Shown here one piece after another: positions 56,799-64,000 of a stretch of DNA of 64,000 nucleotides. The notes under the pieces were generated by a model. It worked only from the letters and a program-made list of their open reading frames with translations. It was not told the origin of the DNA and did no database searches. Source of the stretch: Bacteroidales bacterium (GTDB taxonomy: Bacteria; Bacteroidota; Bacteroidia; Bacteroidales; GWA2-32-17); contig DAOOWN010000003.1 of the NCBI GenBank assembly GCA_035371305.1, positions 2,801 to 66,800 on the forward strand, given 5' to 3'. Each line of letters starts with the position of its first letter. Within the stretch, counting starts at the first letter, position 1. Both the position numbers and the translations under genes were made by a program.

Positions 56799-58190
56799 TT
56801 ACTGTACCCATTTTTGATTTGCAATCATAAGTGCTTCTTGAACCGTAATTCGGGTTCCATTGTTGTATGCAGAAACAAAAGCATCGTGGATGGGCGTATT
56901 TTGCCATACTTGGACTCTCTTATCTCGGGCGTCTTTGTAAGCTCCGAAAGAGCCGATAGTATATTTGTGCCAGCCTTCGTGTTGTTCAACTTGTACTGTT
57001 TCATTAATGTTGAAGTTTTTGAAATAATAACGAGCATTTACAAGTTTATGTCCGGCAGCTATCTGAACTCTGAATTTAATACCGGTTTCGGGTATTGGAA
57101 CTGTATTATTTGCAACATTTTGATTGTTGTTTGTGGTAGTGTTTTTGTTTTGTTTGTTGTTTTTATTCTGTTTGTTGGTATTGTTTGCAAGATTTTGATT
57201 ATTGTTATTTTGATTGTTGTTGGTTTGGTTTTGTTGGTTGTTTAATTGAGTTGTTTGATTATTGTTGCTAATGTTTATTTGATTTTGATTCTTTTGCTGT
57301 TTTTGTTCGTTAACCGAAGCCATTAAGCTTGAGTTTAAGAAATCTTTATTTTGAATTGATTTGATTTTCGTTGCTTCGTTTTCGATATATGATAATGAGC
57401 CTGATAAAGCGGGGATTTCGCTCATTCCATTAACGGGAGTGAGTTTATACGAGACAATAAATTGTTTTTGTGAAGGGAGCGACATCCATAAAAATTTTAC
57501 ATTATTGTCTTTGAATGAAAAAATGCCTTCGTTGGTTTCTAATGCTGTTGCAGTATAACCGGCAGGAACTATTTCTTGAATTTTAGCAAATTTATCTCTG
57601 GGAAGATTGGCGGTATTAACTAATAAACTTACCACAATTTCGTTGTCGGTTCGTTCTATTTGTCTGTAGCAGAATACGTTTTCTAGTTTAAATTCTGTTT
57701 CGGTATGTTGAGTTGTGTCAACATTGCTACTTTGTTGATTGTTTTGAGCGACATAACCAACGGGTCGGATAATCACCGAGACAGTTGGAGTTTCAATGTT
57801 TCTGCGTTCGTTGTTTTCAATATAACTAAAAATACCCGATAAAAAGAGGGGTCCTTCAGCAGTAGGGTCAATATTTATTTTGTAGGTGAACGTAATTTGG
57901 CTGTCTCTGGGTAAACTAAGCCATCCGACAATAATACGTTGGTCTTTGAATGTAAAATCGCCATTGGGAAGGTTTACGGCTTCAGCAGTATATCCAACCG
58001 GCAGATTTTGTTGATAGCGGGCAAAGCTGCTAACACTTCCTTTGTTGATTGTAACTTGAACAATAATGGATGTGCCGACAGTTGCCTCCTCAGGAGCCTG
58101 AATAGATACAGAAACAGGATCCTGAAAGAGTGATAAAATCAAAAATCCAATGAAGTTAAATATGTAAAATAAATATTTTATCATTAACAA
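56799..58190 (-). CDS. SPOR-domain protein with duplicated N-terminal domain and N/Q-rich linker
   Basis: 463 aa. Two paralogous ~120-aa modules (...VPVGYTAEAVNLPNGDFTFKDQRIIVGWLSLP... and ...VPAGYTATALETNEGIFSFKDNNVKFLWMSLP...) precede an N/Q linker. The C-terminal SPOR-like region is FRVQIAAGHKLV...HEGWHKYTIGSFGAYKDARDKRVQ. Confidence 0.65.
   Translation of the reverse strand: MLMIKYLFYIFNFIGFLILSLFQDPVSVSIQAPEEATVGTSIIVQVTINKGSVSSFARYQQNLPVGYTAEAVNLPNGDFTFKDQRIIVGWLSLPRDSQITFTYKINIDPTAEGPLFLSGIFSYIENNERRNIETPTVSVIIRPVGYVAQNNQQSSNVDTTQHTETEFKLENVFCYRQIERTDNEIVVSLLVNTANLPRDKFAKIQEIVPAGYTATALETNEGIFSFKDNNVKFLWMSLPSQKQFIVSYKLTPVNGMSEIPALSGSLSYIENEATKIKSIQNKDFLNSSLMASVNEQKQQKNQNQINISNNNQTTQLNNQQNQTNNNQNNNNQNLANNTNKQNKNNKQNKNTTTNNNQNVANNTVPIPETGIKFRVQIAAGHKLVNARYYFKNFNINETVQVEQHEGWHKYTIGSFGAYKDARDKRVQVWQNTPIHDAFVSAYNNGTRITVQEALMIANQKWVQ
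57100..57300 (-). repeat. Low-complexity N/Q/T-coding tract
   Basis: Encodes NNQTTQLNNQQNQTNNNQNNNNQNLANNTNKQNKNNKQNKNTTTNNNQN. The DNA is GTT/TTG-rich on the plus strand. Confidence 0.8.
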
Positions 58191-58422
58191 CAGTTAGGGC
58201 TAAGTTTTGGTTCAAATGTAAATATTATATCTGAATTATTCATTTTATCGGAAAAAAATATTAACAATTGTTGATAAAAAATGTTTATAACTCACAAAGC
58301 TTATACGATAACGGCAATACAAAGGTTGAAAAAAATTGTTAATAAGTCAAATTATTAACCGTTTTTTTGGGAAATATTTACAAAAATGAAATAGAAAGAC
58401 GTCAAATTTTAATTTAGAATTG

Positions 58423-59802
58423 CTAATTATTTATTACCTCAAATTCTTTAATAGAACATTTTTTAACTTCTACGTTATTTTCATCGAATGCAATAAACCC
58501 AAGTTTAACAAAATATTTTCCTGGCTTTTTAAAAACACGTTCACACGTTTGTCCTGTATATTTGTAACCGTCGCTAAACATCCAAACAAATTGTTTGATT
58601 GTGCCATTGGGAAAGTATGAATCCTGTCCGTCAAACACTACTTTTTGCCCTGTAATAATCGTGTCGGCATGGGTGATATAGGGTTGAACCGGTCGTTCGA
58701 GCAATAATTCGTATGTGGCAATTTCTTCTTTTTCATTTGTAACGGTATCAATCATGGTTAGTGTAATATGATAATTCCCAACGTCATTAAAACAATGATC
58801 TGCTTCCCATGATTTTTGACTTGTACTGTCGCCAAAATTCCAAATATACACAACCGGAAGCGTATCAAGATATTTTGAGGTTTCGTCAATAAAATGATAG
58901 CAAAGGTTTTTTTCTATCATTGTATCGCATTGTTCAAAAATTGGGAGATTGGAATAAAATGAATAAATATCGTCTGTTTTTTTTCTGTCTGAAGAAAAAT
59001 AACCATGTTCAAAAGTAGAATCGCAGATAAAAGAAATGTCGTTGTATTCTGAATTAATCGGCTCGGGGAGGCATGTTGTTTCTTCCCATTGCGAATCTTC
59101 CCATATAGCATAATAAATATCAAATTTTTTAGAACTGTCTCGATTGGAAGAAAAATATAATCTATTGTTGATTAAAAAAGGATAGATTTCGTCTTTATTG
59201 GAATTAATCATTTTTCCTAAATTTTCAGGAGCAGACCAAGTAGTATCTTTTTTCTCCGAACGGTAAATGTCAAAGCCTCCATAACCTCCGGGCATATCCG
59301 ACGAAAAATAAAGTGCTTTTCCGTCAGGCGACAGACAAGGATGTCCTAGACGATACGATTTGTTATTAAAAGGGAACGGTTTTATTTCTGGTGGAAACCC
59401 CTTTGAAAAATCATAAAGAAATAAACCAACAGGAGCTTTATGCTTTTTGCCCCCTTTAATATAAAAATTTTGCGAAACGATAAAAGTGTCACCCCAAGCT
59501 ATGGCCGGTCCATCGTGAAAAGTAGAATTAATGTAATGAAGCATGGAGTCCACTTTTGTTTTTATGTATTTATCTTTTTGAATATAATAAACATCATAAA
59601 AAAAATTATTATCAGAGGTTTTTGTGCTTTGAATGGCCGATGTTTTTTTGTTGCTGGTGTAAAGAAGCCCTTTTTGATATAAAAAAGGAGCAATTTCGCT
59701 ATAGTCGTTAGTATTAACAGATTCTGGATTTACCTCTAAATAGGATTGAGCAGAGCTATATAAAGCACACAAAAACATCGCTATCGTCAATAGTCTTCTC
59801 AT
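58423..59802 (-). CDS. PD40 (TolB-like beta-propeller) repeat protein with C-terminal PKD domains
   Basis: 459 aa with a signal peptide. PD40 motifs are SPDGKALYFSSDMPGGYGGFDIY and RLYFSSNRDSSKKFDIY. PKD-like regions are WNFGDSTS...GNYHITLT and WMFSDGYKYTG...PGKYFVKL. Confidence 0.65.
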   Translation of the reverse strand: MRRLLTIAMFLCALYSSAQSYLEVNPESVNTNDYSEIAPFLYQKGLLYTSNKKTSAIQSTKTSDNNFFYDVYYIQKDKYIKTKVDSMLHYINSTFHDGPAIAWGDTFIVSQNFYIKGGKKHKAPVGLFLYDFSKGFPPEIKPFPFNNKSYRLGHPCLSPDGKALYFSSDMPGGYGGFDIYRSEKKDTTWSAPENLGKMINSNKDEIYPFLINNRLYFSSNRDSSKKFDIYYAIWEDSQWEETTCLPEPINSEYNDISFICDSTFEHGYFSSDRKKTDDIYSFYSNLPIFEQCDTMIEKNLCYHFIDETSKYLDTLPVVYIWNFGDSTSQKSWEADHCFNDVGNYHITLTMIDTVTNEKEEIATYELLLERPVQPYITHADTIITGQKVVFDGQDSYFPNGTIKQFVWMFSDGYKYTGQTCERVFKKPGKYFVKLGFIAFDENNVEVKKCSIKEFEVINN

Positions 59803-59805
59803 CTG

Positions 59806-60720
59806 TTAAAAAAATCGTGTTGAATAAACATTAAATTGTTTTATAAGTTCGTATCTTATTACAATTTCATTGGATCCCGATGTTACTTTTTGCAAGGGCG
59901 ATGTTGTAAAATCGTGAGCATAGCCTAATCGCAGTTGTTTGTTTATTTGATATTCGAGCGAAAACACCAATGCATCTGCTGACCTGACGGATATTCCCAT
60001 TGAAAGCGTATTCATAACAATCACAGATAAATTTAAGTCTATTTGCCCATCGTTTTTTATCGCTTTAAAGAATAGAGAAGGATGCAGTTGGACATCCTTA
60101 CCAATTTTAAATATAAAACCACTGAAAAAATAAGAAGTGGTGGCCTTTGTGTTGATGGAATCGAATGTCTGGAGCGAATTATATCCGAAACTTGAAATTA
60201 ATGGAATGGAATAAGATACATAAAAATGAGGTGTATAATAATATACGCCAAAACCGGCATCGAATTTTGTAAGACTAAAAACAACTCCATTAAAAGCAGG
60301 ATCGCTACTTTCGTTAAGCTTAAGTTGCGATAAATCGGCTTTAAATGAAGTAATGCCTGTTTTTAAGCCCAAAGCAAGATTTCGTTTACCATCTTTTATT
60401 CGAATACGATACACATAATTTACCGCAAGACCAGAAAAACGACTAACTCCAATTTTATCGTTAAATGCAACAAAACCGGCAGCTAAATTCAATTTTTTTA
60501 ATGGTGTATGAAAACCGAAATTCATGGTTTTAGGAGCTCCCTCTAATCCTGTCCATTGTTGGCGAGCCATGAGAGTAACGGAAAAAACCTCACGACTTCC
60601 TGCATAAGCAGGATTTATATATTGTCCGCCCATATATGGTTGGCTTAATGATTGATAAAGCTGACTTTTAGCAACCAACGTAATGAAAACAAGTCCATAT
60701 AGTAAAAAATATTTTCTCAT
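59806..60720 (-). CDS. T9SS membrane protein, PorP/SprF family
   Basis: 304 aa with the signal peptide and hallmark QLYQSLSQPYMGGQYINPAYAGS. The ATG overlaps the stop of the upstream adhesin gene (ATGA on the minus strand). Confidence 0.8.
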   Translation of the reverse strand: MRKYFLLYGLVFITLVAKSQLYQSLSQPYMGGQYINPAYAGSREVFSVTLMARQQWTGLEGAPKTMNFGFHTPLKKLNLAAGFVAFNDKIGVSRFSGLAVNYVYRIRIKDGKRNLALGLKTGITSFKADLSQLKLNESSDPAFNGVVFSLTKFDAGFGVYYYTPHFYVSYSIPLISSFGYNSLQTFDSINTKATTSYFFSGFIFKIGKDVQLHPSLFFKAIKNDGQIDLNLSVIVMNTLSMGISVRSADALVFSLEYQINKQLRLGYAHDFTTSPLQKVTSGSNEIVIRYELIKQFNVYSTRFF

Positions 60721-63700
60721 CTTTTTAGGACAATATAACCACTCCGTTTCACTTTATCTTGTTTTTTCAATAAATAAAAATAAGTATCATCCGGTAATTG
60801 GTTTTCGTTCACGTCTTTGCCCAGCCAATTGTTTTGATATGCATCGCTGCTATAAACCATATTACCCCATCTGTCGAAAATCTGTAATGAATAGTTATCA
60901 TTGGGTTCCATTCCATCTATCACAAAATAATCGTTAATCCCATCACCATTGGGCGAAAAACCTTCAGGAACAAAAAGTTTATTTAACTCAATGATAACCT
61001 TGTCAAATACAATTGGACATATGCCATTGCTGATTTCCCACTTAAAAATATTTATACCCTGAGCAAAGTTGCTGATGGTTGTTTGAGGATTATGAATATC
61101 TGAAATAGATGCAGCACCTTGTTCAATGATCCACATACCTACACCTGCCGTGGGGGCACTTGCCTGCATTACAACTGTTTGATTTTCATCTAAAATTAAA
61201 TCCGGACCGGCATTAGGCACATGAGGTGGTTCATAAAAGGTAAGGGTTACTTGGTTGGTATCGATACATGGACCGTTTTCTACTTTCCAAACGGCAGTAT
61301 ATGTTCCATAAACAGAGGCGATAGCCTGAGCATTCGGATTATGAATATCATTGGCGGTTAAATTGGGTGGAAATATCCAGGTCCCTATTCCCGGGTAAGG
61401 ATTTGAAGCCTGAAGGGTAGCAGTGTTTCCACAAAGTTCCATACTAGAGGAATGAGCAGAAATTGGATTAAAGCCATAAATAAATATTGTATCAGATGGA
61501 ATTACTCCGGAACAGATTCCTGCATCAGATAACTGAGTTACAAAAATTTTATAATTCAATTGATTAAAGCTAATAGAATAAACGGAGTCGGTACTAAATT
61601 GATGAGAGATGAAATGATTTCCATTAACATTAAATTCGATATTCCAAGGAGAAGTTCCTTCCAAATGGACATGAATATGTACAAAAAGGTTGGGGGTTAA
61701 GCATAAGCTGTCGTTTTCTTCTAAAAAGAACAAAATAGTGGGTTGATTATAACCCATTATTGCAACCTCGTTACTGTTAGATATACAATTATTTAGCTCA
61801 ATTACTCTTCGATACATACGTTCTCCGAAAACAAAAGGTGGGTTATAATATGGGTAATTGGCACCGGGAATATTTTCCCAGTTTCCGTTATTAAGCCATT
61901 GCCATTGGTAGCTAATTCCCATTCCTTGGGTATTTTCGGATTCAAAAATCGAATCAGGTGCTGTTCCTTGGCAATAACTTGTTTGACTAGAAGTAATTTG
62001 ATTATTAGGAAGAAGAATCGGATAAAGAGTAAAAACATTGCTTGTATCAACACATACTCCAGAGGTTACAACTCTGGAATAATAAACAGTGTCGTATATG
62101 GCAGGCGTACTATATGCCAGATAGCTATTTGGTCCTATAGCGTTTTGCCAAGTAAGTGAATCGCTGCTTTGTAACCAATGATAATTAAAAGTTCCGGTTC
62201 CTCCGGCAGGATTTACATTAATACTTCCAAGCCATAAAGTAGTTCCGCTACATACATGAGCCAGACTTCCCAACCCTAAAGTAGATTGAATTAAATTGCC
62301 AACGATTGGCGGAATAAGATCAATGGTTACGATATTACTTGTATCATAACAACCACTTTGCTCAATAATTCTTTTATAATAATAGAAGCGGTGGCTTGAA
62401 AAATCGTTTAAAGTAAAAGGAAGAAATGTGGTTGTATCGGGCAATATATTCCAGTTTGTCAAATCATATGAAAGTAACCATGAAATAGTAATAGAACCGA
62501 CGGTTCCTGTTATAGCGCCATCAATAACTCCCTGAGCAAAACCGCAATATTGTTTAATTGTGTCGCTGTTATCTATTAAAATTGAATTAGATGTTAGTGC
62601 ATTAAAGCGATATAGGTTAATGACATTAGAAGTATCGGTGCAATTATTAAAACTTACCACTCGTCTTACGGATAACGTATTCGAAAAACCAGGCGGAACA
62701 AAATCAATTGTAGAAATTCCGGTGTTTGTCCATCCTGTACCTGTATTTATTTGCCACTGATATGTATATCCGCTGCTGTCTGTACCATTAATAATATAAG
62801 GAGTATCGTAATTACAATAAATAGTGTCAGAAGTAAATATCTGATTAGAAATGGGCGTTACATTTAAACCCACAACATTACTTGTATCATAACAGCCATT
62901 CCCAATAATGATTCTTTTAAAATAGCTATTTTGATCGGCTATCCATATGTAATTCTGATTATAGTTAATATTTGGGGCTGAGTACCATGTAACATTATCA
63001 AAGCTTCGCTTCCATTGATATGAGATGGTGCCTGCTCCACTTGGTATTGAGCCGGAAATGGTTTGTATATCTCCACTGCAAAGTTGATTTAAATTGCTCG
63101 AAATGACGTTGTTTTGAAGTTGAGTAGTGATAGAAATGTTCTTTGTTATGGAGGAAGTGCAATTGTTTGAGTCTGTTACCGTGATGATATAACTACCGGG
63201 GCATAAGTTGGTTAGATTATTCGGTGATATTGAATAAGGCGAAGTTCCACCACTAGCATTCACAAGAATAAAACCGTCGCACGAGTATGAACAAGTGGCA
63301 TTTGTAACAGTTGTATTTATAGAAATTGCTGGCGGTTGGGAGATTGAAACACTATTCACCATTGTACAGCCATGATTGTCTGTCGTTGTAACAGTATAAT
63401 TTGTAGCAGATAAGCCACTTGTTATTTGAGTACTACTGTTGTTGCTCCAATGATAAAAGTAAGGAGGAGTGCCTCCTGATGCATTAATGGTTGCAGTGCC
63501 GTTATTCAATCCATAGCAAGTAACATTTGTTTGTGTAGTGGAAGCTAATAAAGCAGGTGGTTGATAAATGCTAAGCGAGTCAATTCTTGAACACCCCGTA
63601 TTGTCGGTAATAGTAACCCAATAGACACCGGCAGGAACGTTGGTAATGGAGTGACTTGTATTTCCGTTGTCCCAAATATAAGAATAGCCACCCGAACCTC

Positions 63701-64000
63701 CGGTAGGATTCACTGTTGCAGAACCGGTGTTTTGTCCATTACATAGAACTGCGGTTGAAGAGGCATTTGCGTTTAATGGGGCAACATTAATGATAATGAC
63801 ATTGCTCGTGTCGTTTTCGGTAATATTTCCGTTAGAAATAACAACGATTCGTCTGAAATAAGTGGTTTGATATAAGGCATTTGGCTGGTAATTGCCTTGG
63901 TCATTGGTTCCGTTACAATTTTGCCAGTTTAAATTATCGTAGCTGTATTGCCACAAATAGGAAACAAAAAAGGGAGAGATTTCTCCGGTTAGAAGAGCCG
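60717..64000 (-). CDS. Giant cell-surface protein with SprB-type repeats and T9SS type B (gliding-motility-associated) C-terminal domain; N-terminus outside window
   Basis: The frame stays open to nt 64000, so the track's TTG at 63956 is not the true start. It has repeated C.G..NGTAT...GG..PY.Y.W modules. The C-terminus is FVPEGFSPNGDGINDYFVIDG...IFDRWGNMVY...DDTYFYLLKK...GYIVLKR. Confidence 0.8.
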   Translation of the reverse strand, partial: ALLTGEISPFFVSYLWQYSYDNLNWQNCNGTNDQGNYQPNALYQTTYFRRIVVISNGNITENDTSNVIIINVAPLNANASSTAVLCNGQNTGSATVNPTGGSGGYSYIWDNGNTSHSITNVPAGVYWVTITDNTGCSRIDSLSIYQPPALLASTTQTNVTCYGLNNGTATINASGGTPPYFYHWSNNSSTQITSGLSATNYTVTTTDNHGCTMVNSVSISQPPAISINTTVTNATCSYSCDGFILVNASGGTSPYSISPNNLTNLCPGSYIITVTDSNNCTSSITKNISITTQLQNNVISSNLNQLCSGDIQTISGSIPSGAGTISYQWKRSFDNVTWYSAPNINYNQNYIWIADQNSYFKRIIIGNGCYDTSNVVGLNVTPISNQIFTSDTIYCNYDTPYIINGTDSSGYTYQWQINTGTGWTNTGISTIDFVPPGFSNTLSVRRVVSFNNCTDTSNVINLYRFNALTSNSILIDNSDTIKQYCGFAQGVIDGAITGTVGSITISWLLSYDLTNWNILPDTTTFLPFTLNDFSSHRFYYYKRIIEQSGCYDTSNIVTIDLIPPIVGNLIQSTLGLGSLAHVCSGTTLWLGSINVNPAGGTGTFNYHWLQSSDSLTWQNAIGPNSYLAYSTPAIYDTVYYSRVVTSGVCVDTSNVFTLYPILLPNNQITSSQTSYCQGTAPDSIFESENTQGMGISYQWQWLNNGNWENIPGANYPYYNPPFVFGERMYRRVIELNNCISNSNEVAIMGYNQPTILFFLEENDSLCLTPNLFVHIHVHLEGTSPWNIEFNVNGNHFISHQFSTDSVYSISFNQLNYKIFVTQLSDAGICSGVIPSDTIFIYGFNPISAHSSSMELCGNTATLQASNPYPGIGTWIFPPNLTANDIHNPNAQAIASVYGTYTAVWKVENGPCIDTNQVTLTFYEPPHVPNAGPDLILDENQTVVMQASAPTAGVGMWIIEQGAASISDIHNPQTTISNFAQGINIFKWEISNGICPIVFDKVIIELNKLFVPEGFSPNGDGINDYFVIDGMEPNDNYSLQIFDRWGNMVYSSDAYQNNWLGKDVNENQLPDDTYFYLLKKQDKVKRSGYIVLKR

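Noticed and set aside
56814-57245. 143-aa plus-strand ORF rich in Val/Phe/Cys/Ile
   Set aside because: It is antisense to the N/Q-coding low-complexity tract of the SPOR protein gene, where the repetitive GTT/TTG DNA simply lacks stops.

Overview
This is a low-GC chromosomal segment of Bacteroidota type. The assignment rests on several T9SS C-terminal-domain cargo genes, a PorP/SprF gene, TAnnTTTG -7 promoter boxes, a type III glutamine synthetase and a Na+-NQR operon. I can support about 48 protein-coding genes, plus rpmH (51 aa), which the >=60-aa ORF track missed. I saw no rRNA, tRNA, CRISPR array, transposase or integrase. Most of the window is housekeeping: lspA, trpS, glnN, nqrABCDEF, rpmH, a futalosine-pathway radical SAM gene, gdhA, ychF and smpB. 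These are interleaved with envelope and T9SS genes. The stand-out accessory element is a compact, visibly more AT-rich five-gene cassette at 23058-27288, directly downstream of nqrF. It encodes an HPr-kinase-like kinase, a sulfotransferase, a PqqD-like RRE (B1), a transglutaminase-like B2 protease and an Asn-synthetase-like cyclase, which together form a lasso-peptide-type RiPP maturation set. It has no precursor gene, exporter or isopeptidase in cis, and its last gene overlaps (ATGA) a large T9SS-secreted protein gene. Secondary oddities are listed here.
- A CphA2-like cyanophycin synthetase homologue with a destroyed Mur-ligase P-loop.
- A threonine-synthase-like PLP enzyme coupled to a MOP-type molybdenum aldehyde oxidoreductase.
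- A propeller-sensor class III cyclase fused to an HD domain.
- A Crp/FNR regulator with an extra N-terminal sensory module.
- A pseudo-receiver/PEP-utilising ATP-grasp protein.
- An AT-rich islet carrying a SPASM-domain remnant and an interrupted small ORF.
- An unexplained GC-elevated 320-bp non-coding gap.
All functional calls come from motif recognition by eye. No database search was run.
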